NCBI GenBank assembly: GCA_045110575.1 | Contig: JBGCGF010000017.1 | Location: forward strand, 9,445 to 73,444 | Direction: 5' to 3' | Length of the DNA stretch: 64,000 nucleotides | Source of the DNA: Saprospiraceae bacterium | Lineage (GTDB): Bacteria; Bacteroidota; Bacteroidia; Chitinophagales; Saprospiraceae | In this document: piece after piece, positions 54,609 to 64,000 of the stretch | How positions within the stretch are numbered: position 1 is the first letter of the stretch | Layout of the letters: each line of letters starts with the position of its first letter | The notes under the pieces: model-generated | What the model was told of the DNA's origin: nothing | Databases searched by the model: none | Seen by the model: the letters and a program-made list of their open reading frames with translations, nothing else | Translations under genes and position numbers: made by a program

Positions 54609-57431
54609 ATGGGGCACAAAACAGCATTTATCGCACTTTGGACAGTAATCATCGCTGTCTGTACCGCTGGCAATCTGCAAGCGCAGACTGCACCAGCCAG
54701 TTTTGACGTGACTAACATTGCGAAGGGCATCCCTTTTAAAAACGTTGGTCCTGATATTTTTAGCGGTCGTGTTGTTGACTTAGATGTCAACCCAGAAAAC
54801 CCTACAAACTTCATCGTAGCCTTTGCGACAAGTGGTCTTTGGGAGACCAAAAACAACGGCCGAAGCTTTACGGAACTGTTCGCACATCAGAGCACCGGAA
54901 TCATTGGCGATGTTGCCGTCGATTGGTCACGCAAGCACCTTTGGGTTGGTACAGGCGAAAACAATTCTTCGCGTTCGAGCTATGCGGGAGATGGTGTTTA
55001 CCTCTCGACAGACTGGGGCAAGACATGGACCAACACGGGCTTAACGAAAACACACCACATCGGTCGTATCGTGCTCTCCCCTTCCGATCCGAATACAGTC
55101 ATTGTAGCATCACTAGGACCGCTATACAGCCTAGGTGGTGAGCGTGGCATTTTCCGAACCACCGATTATGGTAAGACCTGGCAGGCAGTCCTTCCGACGA
55201 CAGAGGACGTTGGCGCAATTGACTTAATCAGTGATCCGAACGATGCAAATACCTTTTACGCAAGTACTTGGCAACGAGACCGAAAGGCTTGGAATTTCAG
55301 AGAAGGAGGTCCAGAATCTGCGATTTATAAGAGTACCGACGGCGGTCAAAGTTGGACACGTGTCAGCACTTCTGGCTCCGGCTTTATAACTGGAGAGAAC
55401 GTTGGTCGGATTGGACTTAGCGCCTCGACGAAAGCAGGCAAGACTTCTCTTTATGCAGTCGTAGACAACCAAAACCGCAGACCTTTTGACAAAAAAGACG
55501 AGGATAAACTTACCCGCACCCAATTGGGTGAAATGAGCGCGACTGACTTTGTAAACAAGGACAAAGACGAACTTATCAAGCAACTCAAGGCGCTTAGGTT
55601 TCCTTTGAAGCGCTACCCTTTTGATAGTCTAAAGACGGAGATTAAAGAAGGTCGGCTTTCGCCAAAACTCCTTGCGGAGTACCTCACAGATGCGAACTCT
55701 TTACTGTTTGACACTCCTGTTGTAGGCGCGGAGGTTTACCGCTCAGACGATGGCGGAACATCTTGGAAGAGAACTCACGAAGACTACCTAGACGATATCT
55801 ACTATAGTTACGGTTACTACTTCGGTCAGATCGGCGTGCACCCGACCAACCCAGAAGAGGTCTACATTTTCGGCGTAGCAGCGATCAGAAGTGATGACGG
55901 AGGAAAAACGTGGACAGGTATCAACGAAGAGAACATGCACTCCGACCACCACTCCATCTGGATCAATGAAAATCAAGACGGCCATATCATTATGGGCAAC
56001 GACGGAGGGGTGAACATCAGTTACGATTCAGGTGAAACGTACAACCGTGTAGTAAGTCCAGCAGCAGGTCAATTCTATGCCATTGCCGTCGACAATAAGA
56101 CCCCGTACCGCGTGTATGGAGGAACACAAGACAACGGCGTATGGAGAGGTTCGAGCAACTTCGAACCAGGTCCAGGATGGGAAATGTATGGCAGCACATC
56201 CTATGAGCACATCTACGGAGGAGACGGAATGCAGGTTGAAATCGATCCTCGAGACAATGAGACGGTCTATACTGGTTACCAGTTCGGAAACTACGCTCGC
56301 ATCGATCCAGATGGATCCAGAACTCGCGTCAAGCCAATGCATGCACTTGGTGAGCGACCACTACGGTTCAACTGGCAGACACCAGTACACTTGAGTACGC
56401 ACCAACCTGATGTATTCTACATCGGTTCGAACAAGTTCCACCGTTCGTTAAACAAAGGAGAGTCATTTGATGTGACAAGCGAGGATTTAACAAAAGGTGG
56501 TCGTAAAGGCGACGTACCCTTTGGAACGATCTCTACGATCGATGAGAGTCCGATGCGCTTTGGCTATTTGTACGTAGGTACCGATGATGGCCTTGTGCAC
56601 GTTTCACGCGATGGGGGATATAACTGGGAAGAGATCACAACAGGTTTACCTGAAGGAAAGTGGATCACTCGAGTCCAAGCCAGTAAGCATCAGCTTGACC
56701 GTGTCTATGTTAGTTTGAACGACTATCGCAGTGACGATTTCACTCCAATGCTTTACGTTAGTGAAAACGGTGGCGCTACCTGGAAATCTATTTCGAACGG
56801 TCTCCCTGCAGGAGCCATCAATGATGTGCTTGAAGATAAGGTCAATCCAAATCTACTTTACGTTGGTAGCGATGCAGGTATATTTTACTCTTACAACCGA
56901 GGCAGCTCTTGGAGTCAGATGGGAAATATTCCGCTTGTCCCTGTTCACGACTTAGTGATTCAGGAGCGCGAACAAGACTTGATCGTAGGCACCCATGGAA
57001 GAAGCATTTTCATAGGAGATATCGCTCAGCTTCGTACGCTTCCAGACTCTGTCGGTTCGAAGCAGCTCTTTGCGTATCATCCACAATCCATCGACTTTGA
57101 TGATTCATGGGGAGATAGCTGGAGCAAGTGGTATCCAGTAGATACGCCGATGATTAATCTGCCAATATTCACGACGAATGCTGGACGAATTGAACTTACT
57201 ATTCAAGATTCAACCGGACAACCTGTCCATTCATTCTCCTACGAAGCGAAGAAAGGATTGAACCTAGTACCATATGCGCTTACCATGTCTGAGACCGCGT
57301 CAAAGCGCATGGATGCGAAGAGCACTGCTGCCGACAATGGGAAATTCTACTTGCTTCCAGCCCGCTACAAAGTCGAGGTGAAGAAGGGTCAACCTTCCGC
57401 CAAAACATGGTTAATGGTGGTCAAAGACTAG
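54609..57431 (+). CDS. BNR/Asp-box repeat, sortilin (VPS10)-like beta-propeller protein
   Basis: Signal peptide (IIAVCTAGNLQAQ). Repeated Asp-boxes: STDWGKTW, TTDYGKTW, STDGGQSW, SDDGGTSW, SDDGGKTW, SENGGATW. The ATG at 54609 is preferred over the TTG at 54573. Confidence 0.85.
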   Translation: MGHKTAFIALWTVIIAVCTAGNLQAQTAPASFDVTNIAKGIPFKNVGPDIFSGRVVDLDVNPENPTNFIVAFATSGLWETKNNGRSFTELFAHQSTGIIGDVAVDWSRKHLWVGTGENNSSRSSYAGDGVYLSTDWGKTWTNTGLTKTHHIGRIVLSPSDPNTVIVASLGPLYSLGGERGIFRTTDYGKTWQAVLPTTEDVGAIDLISDPNDANTFYASTWQRDRKAWNFREGGPESAIYKSTDGGQSWTRVSTSGSGFITGENVGRIGLSASTKAGKTSLYAVVDNQNRRPFDKKDEDKLTRTQLGEMSATDFVNKDKDELIKQLKALRFPLKRYPFDSLKTEIKEGRLSPKLLAEYLTDANSLLFDTPVVGAEVYRSDDGGTSWKRTHEDYLDDIYYSYGYYFGQIGVHPTNPEEVYIFGVAAIRSDDGGKTWTGINEENMHSDHHSIWINENQDGHIIMGNDGGVNISYDSGETYNRVVSPAAGQFYAIAVDNKTPYRVYGGTQDNGVWRGSSNFEPGPGWEMYGSTSYEHIYGGDGMQVEIDPRDNETVYTGYQFGNYARIDPDGSRTRVKPMHALGERPLRFNWQTPVHLSTHQPDVFYIGSNKFHRSLNKGESFDVTSEDLTKGGRKGDVPFGTISTIDESPMRFGYLYVGTDDGLVHVSRDGGYNWEEITTGLPEGKWITRVQASKHQLDRVYVSLNDYRSDDFTPMLYVSENGGATWKSISNGLPAGAINDVLEDKVNPNLLYVGSDAGIFYSYNRGSSWSQMGNIPLVPVHDLVIQEREQDLIVGTHGRSIFIGDIAQLRTLPDSVGSKQLFAYHPQSIDFDDSWGDSWSKWYPVDTPMINLPIFTTNAGRIELTIQDSTGQPVHSFSYEAKKGLNLVPYALTMSETASKRMDAKSTAADNGKFYLLPARYKVEVKKGQPSAKTWLMVVKD

Positions 57432-57807
57432 TATAAAAGGTCAAAAAGAGGCTTTAAACAGTCACTTTTAGTGTGAATTACACTAAAATTTCATGCTTTC
57501 GATGATTGGTCGGCTAAGGCAGTTTATGTGCGTTAAAGCTGCCCAACGGGTAATAACCGTGTGTTTTTGAACTTTGAAAAAGCGCTATCCACTACTCACC
57601 AGCAAAGCCCCACACTTCCACACAAACAGCTAACCATCAAATAGTTAGCCCCCAAATTAGCTCTCATTAAAAACTCCAGACCGACTAACCGAATAGGGCT
57701 AGGGGCTGGCGAAGTGGGTGTTTTAGACTGAATCTTTGCGGTGTCCTGAAAAACGGATGGCCCACTCTTCGGAGTGCGTCGCTATCAACGACCGCTAAGA
57801 AACAAAC

Positions 57808-59751
57808 ATGAAACAAACCGTCTCACGACGAGTGCTCCAGGCTCTATTTGCCTGTGCACTTGTCGCACAAACCAGCGCTGTAGGCGCAACAGCAGATTCC
57901 CTGCGACTCGCTTTCAGTCCCGCTCCATTTTCCAACCAAACCCACGGCGATACCGTCATCTTCGAATGCAGCGGAATGCCCTTGCTTAGTATTGACGATG
58001 TAGTTGCCGAAGGAGGCTGCGGAGGGGAAATCACCTACAGTTTTAGCGAAAGCGTAAACATCCCGCTAGATCCGATCGACGCTGGATACCTATCTATAAT
58101 GACGTGCAACTTCGAAGGGGTCGACCCTTGCGGAAACTCAGCACAGCTCACCATCAACATTCGGGTAGAGGACACTACACCACCTGAATTACAAGATGTC
58201 CCGAGTGATTTATCACTTCAAGCAGGAGGAACCATTCCTACTCCAGCGGCCGTCTACGCAATTGATAACTGCAGTCGAAACCTAGACGTTTTGCTTACTG
58301 AGGAAGATGCTTCAACCAACAGCTTCGAGCGCGTCATTCGCACATGGAGTGCAACAGACGATGCCGGCAATACAAGTACTGCTTCACAGCAGATAACACT
58401 AGCGTTACCAACCTCCTCTACCGGAGCGTGTGGCAACGATCTATTCGATGAACTCGAACGAAAGGTTACTGCCACGGACTGCGAAAACGGAACAGAAGTA
58501 TGTCTGCCGTTTGCAATCGCTTCTGAAGGACTTTTCTTAGTCAACGATAGTCCTGTCAACTATTTCAGCTGCGCAGCAGATACGCTTGTCACTTACAATG
58601 TCGCAGGCTTAATGCAAAGTGCAGGTGACTACGAAGTAATCTGGGACGTCTCTCCAGGCGCCTACCGACACCGTACCTCATCTGTGGGTGATCTCATCGA
58701 GTTCATGCGCTTAGAGCAGCCAGGAGGCGACTGGAAGCTGGATGAGACCAATACGATGATCGTAGGAAACCCAAATCCACGATATGCAGAGTTAAAAGTC
58801 ATCCATGCTGCAACTGGAACCCAAAGCGCATCACAGCCAAAGCAAAAAGTGATGTCTTCCCAGTCAACTATCGTCTTAATGCCTGGAAAGCACTTGTTGA
58901 CGTACAGACTAGAACAGTGCGTGGATACCGCAACAGTCTTCATAACCTGCGCTACGGTTAGAGAACGCAGCATCACAGCAATCCGTGGGATCGATGCTAC
59001 ACATACCCTACCCTTCTCAGGATCAGAAGATCAATATGAAGTAACGATCCTGGAAGACAACCTCGCTGGGCTACTCGAAATCCGCTCAACAGTTGGACCA
59101 CGAGTAAACTTCAGCAGTATGATTAGTGGAGAAGCAACGATGCTGATCGACTTGTGTCACATCCCTACGGGCAACTGTGACCGGTACCTGCTTCGCTTCG
59201 AAATTGTGAATCGCGAAAATGTAAAGCCACCAACTGCTGGTAGAGACCTCTTCGCAGTCGCTTACAATGGACAACGCATGTTACATATTCTCGGCAACGA
59301 TGAAGTAATTGGAGAAGTGACTTCCCTAACGCTCACTCCTGGTTCAACAGGACAAGCTCGTATTGATGCGATGAATCGCTTGCATTATACTGCTCCTGCC
59401 GACTGGTGTGGTGAAGATCTGATTCACTATGAAGTATGTAATCCTGGAGGTTGCGATACGGCTACAGTAGTCATCCAAGTGACCTGTGAAGAGCTTATGG
59501 TATTCAATGGCTTCAGTCCGAACCAGGATGGCATAAACGACAATTTCACGGTCATCGGAATCGAGAATTACCCAGATAACCAGCTCATTGTTTTCAATCA
59601 GCACGGTCACCAGGTATACGCTACAAGTACCTATAACAACCAGTGGGACGGCACTTACAATGGCTCTCCATTACTTGATGGCACCTACTACTATGTCTTG
59701 ACAATCAAAGGCAAAAATACCAAAAGCGGATATGTGCAGATAAAGAGGTAA
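57808..59751 (+). CDS. T9SS type-B CTD surface protein (647 aa) with HYR-like repeat(s)
   Basis: Signal peptide (ALFACALVAQTSAVG). TTPPELQDVPSDLSLQAGGTIPTPAAVYAIDNCSRNLDV...RVIRTWSATDDAGNTSTASQQITL is an HYR-like unit. The C-terminus MVFNGFSPNQDGINDNFTVIGIENYPDNQLIVFNQHGHQVY...GTYYYVLTIKGKNTKSGYVQIKR is a type-B CTD. Confidence 0.9.
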   Translation: MKQTVSRRVLQALFACALVAQTSAVGATADSLRLAFSPAPFSNQTHGDTVIFECSGMPLLSIDDVVAEGGCGGEITYSFSESVNIPLDPIDAGYLSIMTCNFEGVDPCGNSAQLTINIRVEDTTPPELQDVPSDLSLQAGGTIPTPAAVYAIDNCSRNLDVLLTEEDASTNSFERVIRTWSATDDAGNTSTASQQITLALPTSSTGACGNDLFDELERKVTATDCENGTEVCLPFAIASEGLFLVNDSPVNYFSCAADTLVTYNVAGLMQSAGDYEVIWDVSPGAYRHRTSSVGDLIEFMRLEQPGGDWKLDETNTMIVGNPNPRYAELKVIHAATGTQSASQPKQKVMSSQSTIVLMPGKHLLTYRLEQCVDTATVFITCATVRERSITAIRGIDATHTLPFSGSEDQYEVTILEDNLAGLLEIRSTVGPRVNFSSMISGEATMLIDLCHIPTGNCDRYLLRFEIVNRENVKPPTAGRDLFAVAYNGQRMLHILGNDEVIGEVTSLTLTPGSTGQARIDAMNRLHYTAPADWCGEDLIHYEVCNPGGCDTATVVIQVTCEELMVFNGFSPNQDGINDNFTVIGIENYPDNQLIVFNQHGHQVYATSTYNNQWDGTYNGSPLLDGTYYYVLTIKGKNTKSGYVQIKR

Positions 59752-59809
59752 CGCGCTGACAGAGGTCGTTTTGACTTCTCAACGCGTTGTTTTTTAGCAT
59801 AGTCGTATG

Positions 59810-59843
59810 GCCCTGTTGACGCATGTCGACGGGGCTTTTTTTT
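59810..59843 (+). terminator. Rho-independent terminator after the 57808 gene
   Basis: GCCCTGTTGAC-GCAT-GTCGACGGGGC (11-bp stem, two G-U pairs) followed by T8. Confidence 0.8.
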
Positions 59844-60012
59844 GGTACTTCAGATCGTCGCCTGTAGGATTTCGGACCGCTTTGCTTTCGGACTTCCTTA
59901 GGGACGCACTTTAGGAATGCAGGGAAGGATCGCAACCAGGTGACAATCCAACAAAGAAGTCGTCCAGCAACGAAGTGGTGCTTAATCCTAAGTACCAGCA
60001 GCAAAGCTGCCT

Positions 60013-60113
60013 AATTTTGAATTTTGAGTTAGATAATTTTGAATATCCGATACGCGAGCTAAACGTACTCACGAGTATAGCGAGCAACATCTCGAAATTC
60101 AAAATTCAAAATT
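60013..60113. repeat. AT-rich 15-bp inverted repeat flanking a 71-nt core
   Basis: AATTTTGAATTTTGA at 60013-60027 and its exact reverse complement TCAAAATTCAAAATT at 60099-60113. Extra half-copies at 60035-60044 (AATTTTGAAT) and 60139-60151 (AATTCAAAATTTT). Confidence 0.75.
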
Positions 60114-60172
60114 GCGTAAAAGCGGACCTTCAAGCCCAATTCAAAATTTTTAGTTACAGCTCCGCTGAAACT

Positions 60173-60208
60173 AAAAAGCGAGCCTGCAGCTTTCGCCACA
60201 GACTCGCT
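60173..60208 (-). terminator. Candidate typA terminator
   Basis: AGCGAG ... CTCGCT stem, flanked by A5 on the plus strand (T5 on the minus strand). It lies about 30 nt downstream of the typA stop. Confidence 0.55.
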
Positions 60209-60236
60209 TTTATGCTCAATCGGAAGGATTAAAATC

Positions 60237-62057
60237 CTACTTCATGTTTGAAAGAGCAGGGTTCTTGTTGCGCTTACGCATGCTTTCGCTAAGAACGATC
60301 TTACGGATACGCATAGCATCCGGAGTAATCTCTACGTACTCATCACCTTGGATGTACTCCAAAGCTTCCTCAAGAGAGAACTGACGAGGAGGTGTAATCT
60401 TGATCTTGTCATCTGCTCCAGAAGAACGGACGTTAGATTGCTTCTTCGCTTTAGTAAGGTTGACAACCATGTCGCCTGGGCGAGCATTCTCACCAACAAC
60501 TTGACCTTCGTAGATCTCTTGGTTCGGAAGAACCATAAGGATACCACGCTCTTGCAAAGAATTGAGAGAGTAAGGAATCGCCTTACCCTTCTCGTTAGAG
60601 ATCATTGAACCGTTGATACGCTTTGGAATATCTCCTGCCCAAGGTTCGAATGCACGGAAACGGTGTGTCATGATCAACTCACCCGCTGTTTGCGTGATAA
60701 GTTGAGTACGTAGACCGATGATTCCTCGTGAAGGAATACTGAACTCTAGGAAGGTACGCTCTGGCTTTGCCTCCATGTTGGTCATAGAGCCCTTGCGCTG
60801 TGTTACAGCGTTGATTACAGCACCGCTGTACTCGTCAGGAACGTTGATGTAGAGATCCTCCATCGGCTCCTGCTTCTTACCATCAACTTCTTTGATGATA
60901 ACTGTAGGCTGTCCGATTTGTACCTCGTATCCTTCGCGACGCATCGTCTCGATAAGAACTGAAAGGTGAAGTACACCACGTCCAAAGACTTGGAATGCCT
61001 CTGCACGATCAGTTGGAAGCACCTTAAGTGCAAGGTTTTGCTCGATCTCCTTCTCCAGACGCTCCTTGAGGTGACGTGAGGTTACGAACTTACCAGATTG
61101 ACCGAAGAACGGTGAATCATTAATGGCAAAGGTCATTGACATCGTAGGCTCATCAACCGCGATCGGCTTCAATGGATCTGGATTCTCTGCATCAGTGATC
61201 GTGTCACCAATCTCGAAACCGTCGATACCAGAGATCGCACAGATATCACCTGCTTCTACTTGGTCAACCTCAACGCGGCCAAGACCTTCATAAACGAAAA
61301 TCTTCTTTGTACGCTGCTTGGTAAGTACACCTTCGCGGCTTACAAGTCCAACACTCTGGTTTGCCTTCAAAGTTCCTCGATTGAGGCGGCCTGAAGCCAT
61401 ACGTCCAGTAAAATTGCTGTATGCCAATGATGTTATCATCATCTGTACATCACCTTCAAGCTCAACCTTTGGTGGTGGAACGTGCTTGAGGATCATGTCA
61501 AGTGCGTACGTCACGTCTGTTGTAGGGGTAGCCCAATCAGGCCCCATCCAACCGTTCTTTGCAGAACCGTAGACAACAGGGAAGTCAAGTTGATCTTCTG
61601 TTGCTTCTAGTGCGAACATGAGGTCAAAAACTGCCTCATAAGCATCATCTGGCTTACAGTTTGGCTTATCAACCTTGTTTACAACTACGATTGGCTTCAA
61701 GCCAAGCTCGAGACTTTTTGAAAGTACGAAACGCGTCTGCGGCATCGGCCCCTCGAAAGCATCAACAAGTACAAGAACACCGTCTGCCATGTTGAGTACA
61801 CGCTCAACCTCTCCGCCGAAGTCAGAGTGACCAGGAGTATCAATAAGGTTAATCTTGTGATCCTTGTAGCGAATGCTCACGTTCTTAGAAAGAATCGTGA
61901 TACCACGTTCGCGCTCGAGGTCATTGTTGTCGAGCATTAGCTCGGCAGGCTTCTCACGTTCGTGGAATAGGTTTCCAGCGTGAAGAAGCTTATCGACGAG
62001 GGTTGTTTTACCGTGGTCGACGTGGGCGATGATCGCAACGTTACGAATAGGTGTCAT
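60237..62057 (-). CDS. typA: Translational GTPase TypA/BipA
   Basis: [41 protein letters not shown]. 606 aa with EF-G-like domain order. Confidence 0.96.
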   Translation of the reverse strand: MTPIRNVAIIAHVDHGKTTLVDKLLHAGNLFHEREKPAELMLDNNDLERERGITILSKNVSIRYKDHKINLIDTPGHSDFGGEVERVLNMADGVLVLVDAFEGPMPQTRFVLSKSLELGLKPIVVVNKVDKPNCKPDDAYEAVFDLMFALEATEDQLDFPVVYGSAKNGWMGPDWATPTTDVTYALDMILKHVPPPKVELEGDVQMMITSLAYSNFTGRMASGRLNRGTLKANQSVGLVSREGVLTKQRTKKIFVYEGLGRVEVDQVEAGDICAISGIDGFEIGDTITDAENPDPLKPIAVDEPTMSMTFAINDSPFFGQSGKFVTSRHLKERLEKEIEQNLALKVLPTDRAEAFQVFGRGVLHLSVLIETMRREGYEVQIGQPTVIIKEVDGKKQEPMEDLYINVPDEYSGAVINAVTQRKGSMTNMEAKPERTFLEFSIPSRGIIGLRTQLITQTAGELIMTHRFRAFEPWAGDIPKRINGSMISNEKGKAIPYSLNSLQERGILMVLPNQEIYEGQVVGENARPGDMVVNLTKAKKQSNVRSSGADDKIKITPPRQFSLEEALEYIQGDEYVEITPDAMRIRKIVLSESMRKRNKNPALSNMK

Positions 62058-62142
62058 GGATAGACATTAAGAGGTCAGTTTAAGCTTACGCCAAAACCTA
62101 TGATGCCGAGCCAGATGCTCAGCGAGTTTTACAAAACGGGCG

Positions 62143-62150
62143 CAAAGGTA
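62143..62150 (-). promoter_or_regulatory. Candidate -7 box (TACCTTTG) for typA
   Basis: Perfect TAnnTTTG on the minus strand, about 85 nt upstream of the typA ATG. No TTG at -33. Confidence 0.3.
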
Positions 62151-62449
62151 GTTTATTCTTGGATGCGCGTGGGTGATTAACATTACGATTAGGAATGTCC
62201 ACCATTTTTTCTTTCCTCAGCAGCAGCATTTATCTCACGAAACCTGAAACATCAGGCGTTCTGCTCATGTTTAGGGCATCGTTACTGTGTGTAAATCTTA
62301 GCGTCACATGTCCGATTTTCATAAATTCTAGTGAAACCACTAGTCTTGAATGACAGATTTTCAGTCGGTTGGGTGCTTAGTCGTGAACGGGGCCTTACTT
62401 CACGATAACTCGATCTAAGCGAACTGCCATTTCCTTAAAAGCCCACCTT

Positions 62450-62977
62450 ATGACGAAATCCACTACGCTGTCTTTTACTGTTATTCTCGCCTTATTGCTG
62501 TTGACAATCGCAGCCTGCACTACTCGCCAGGTCGACCACATAGTGATTACACCTCAACTCACTCCACGCAAGCAGTTGATAGGAAACGGGGTAAGTATGC
62601 TCGTCCCTTTCAACTATTCGAAATCCGAGATGCTCAATGGATTCCAGACCGCCAATAAAGAATCCTCCATCTCTGTCAGCACATCAACCGCCGATATAGA
62701 AGAGATGAAAGCAAGTTATTCTGCAGAAAAGCTGAAAGAGCAACGTGCGGATCTGATCGAGCTGAGTACGATCGCTTATGGTGACAGTAGCGAAGGTTTT
62801 TTTGCTAAAACATACGAAGAGCAGACATCGTCATTCCAATATGTATTAGCAATTCAAAGGGAAGGTAAAACCTACCTCATGAAGGCCGAATGCCCTGATA
62901 CGACGCACAATTCATATGATTACAAGATCCGTCAATCGTTACTTTCAGTGCACATCGGAGACGATCTTAAAGGCTAA
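62450..62977 (+). CDS. Hypothetical lipoprotein (175 aa)
   Basis: MTKSTTLSFTVILALLLLTIAACTTRQ is a lipoprotein signal. No family recognised. Confidence 0.6.
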   Translation: MTKSTTLSFTVILALLLLTIAACTTRQVDHIVITPQLTPRKQLIGNGVSMLVPFNYSKSEMLNGFQTANKESSISVSTSTADIEEMKASYSAEKLKEQRADLIELSTIAYGDSSEGFFAKTYEEQTSSFQYVLAIQREGKTYLMKAECPDTTHNSYDYKIRQSLLSVHIGDDLKG

Positions 62978-63064
62978 GGCACACAGGCGAAAGCCCAGTC
63001 CTGCAGTTTTCCCGAAAGGATGAGAACTAAACCACAGCCTCGTCGCGGACGCTAAAAACTGGAC

Positions 63065-63100
63065 AAAAAAATGGCCGCACTCCCCATGGGAGCCGGCCAT
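63065..63100 (-). terminator. ftsZ terminator
   Basis: ATGGCCG..CTCCC-CAT-GGGAG..CGGCCAT, followed on the minus strand by T7. It lies about 50 nt downstream of the ftsZ stop. Confidence 0.8.
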
Positions 63101-63151
63101 TCGATCGATGAAAATGAGAAACTAAATCTTAAAAACTCAGGACTATTGAGT

Positions 63152-64000
63152 TCAGTCTGCTTTGTCGTACAACCAAGGGCTTTCGCCACCTAGTCGTGGT
63201 TCTCCGTTCTGGTCAACAACAGTGCGTGATGGCTGCTGAGCAGGTGCATCATGCGGATTGTGCTGGTTGCGTTGACGACGGTGACGGAGGTATGCTGGTT
63301 CGCGCTCTAGACTAGCCAATCCGTTTGGATCGCTAGGTGGAACTGGCTCACCTTGGTTTTGGTTAAGTGGAGCGTATGGCTCAGAAACGTTCGAACGAGG
63401 GTTCTGCTGCTGCGCACGGTACTCGTTCATTACATCTTCACGGTACTGAACAGACTTGTTGTACTGGTCAACACGTGGGTGAAGACTTTCGAACTGTACT
63501 TGATTCGGATCGTGTGGCTGCTGCGGGCGAGCTACTGGGCGCTGTGCCTGCTGAGGAACTTGCTTGAGGTCTACAACCTGCTTGCTTGAGCGAGTATCAC
63601 CAGAAATCGCTTGGATGGCTGAATCATGGAAACCTGTAGCAATAACGGTTACGCTAATGCCATCCTCGAGTGCCTCGTCGAAACAAGTACCCCAGATAAG
63701 GTTAGCATCCATTCCTGCTTCTTCCTGTACGAATTGTGTGATCTGATCGATCTCGTCCATCGTTACATCACTTGCTCCTGAGCAAATGTTGAGGAGAATG
63801 TTCTGAGCACCGCTGATGTTGTTGTCCTCAAGAAGAGGAGAACTGAGTGCTTGGTCAACAGCAGATTGCGCGCGGCCTTCACCGTCAGCATAGCCGATTC
63901 CCATAATAGCAACACCAGATCCGCGAAGAACTGTGTTGACATCCTCGAAATCAACGTTAACATAGCCTGGGCGGGTGATGATTTCTGCGATTCCTCGAGC
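63152..64000 (-). CDS. ftsZ: Cell division protein FtsZ, 3' part (the 5' end lies beyond the window)
   Basis: The frame is open to nt 64000 (ARGIAEIITRPGYVNVDFEDVNTVLRGSGVAIMGIGYADGEGRA...ISVTVIATGF), which is the FtsZ C-terminal core. A long Q/P-rich tail follows. Confidence 0.93.
   Translation of the reverse strand, partial: ARGIAEIITRPGYVNVDFEDVNTVLRGSGVAIMGIGYADGEGRAQSAVDQALSSPLLEDNNISGAQNILLNICSGASDVTMDEIDQITQFVQEEAGMDANLIWGTCFDEALEDGISVTVIATGFHDSAIQAISGDTRSSKQVVDLKQVPQQAQRPVARPQQPHDPNQVQFESLHPRVDQYNKSVQYREDVMNEYRAQQQNPRSNVSEPYAPLNQNQGEPVPPSDPNGLASLEREPAYLRHRRQRNQHNPHDAPAQQPSRTVVDQNGEPRLGGESPWLYDKAD

Noticed and set aside
59975-60232. 85 aa ORF covering the AT-rich inverted-repeat region
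   Set aside because: It is driven by AT-rich repeats (FELDNFEYP..., KFKIQN...). It has no signal or motif and overlaps two terminator-like hairpins. The region is better explained as non-coding.
1-64000. Genomic island, mobile element or defence system
   Set aside because: I saw no integrase, transposase, recombinase, phage, toxin-antitoxin, restriction or cas-like motifs in any listed ORF. Housekeeping genes are interspersed throughout. The tRNA-Lys has no visible flanking direct repeat of its 3' end. This is by-eye inspection only, so short repeats cannot be excluded.

Overview
Chromosomal segment from a Bacteroidota-type genome. Support: the GldK/L/M/N gliding and type IX secretion (T9SS) core, PorP/SprF-family genes, T9SS C-terminal sorting domains, TAnnTTTG-type -7 boxes, and about mid-40s % GC by eye. 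The window has three parts. (1) nt 1-9954 holds a head-to-tail array of five related secreted proteins with T9SS type-A sorting domains. Four are complete 664-668 aa paralogs in ~2.13 kb units. Three of these are followed by near-identical cUUCGg-tetraloop terminators. (2) nt 16621-37269 is one 20.6 kb gene for a 6,882 aa SprB-class surface protein. It contains about 42 four-cysteine HYR-like repeats, Ig-like repeats, SprB-type repeats, an unassigned ~110-125 aa module present four times, cadherin/Ig-like modules and a T9SS type-B (gliding-associated) C-terminal domain. A PorP/SprF-family gene follows it directly. (3) A minus-strand block encodes SAM-methyltransferase, porP, gldK, gldL, gldM and gldN. 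The remaining genes are housekeeping: infC-rpmI-rplT, clpC, a STAS protein, rnz, tRNA-Lys(UUU), an ABC exporter, ettA, yraN, pgi, an RsmB-like methyltransferase, a BNR/sortilin-like protein, a second smaller type-B CTD protein, typA and the 3' part of ftsZ. I saw no transposase, integrase, CRISPR array, rRNA or recognisable defence cassette. The most unusual material is the T9SS cargo: the mosaic paralog array and the giant adhesin with its unassigned modules. Two structured AT-rich inverted-repeat elements in gene-free spacers are also worth a look. All family assignments come from motif recognition by eye and no searches were run.
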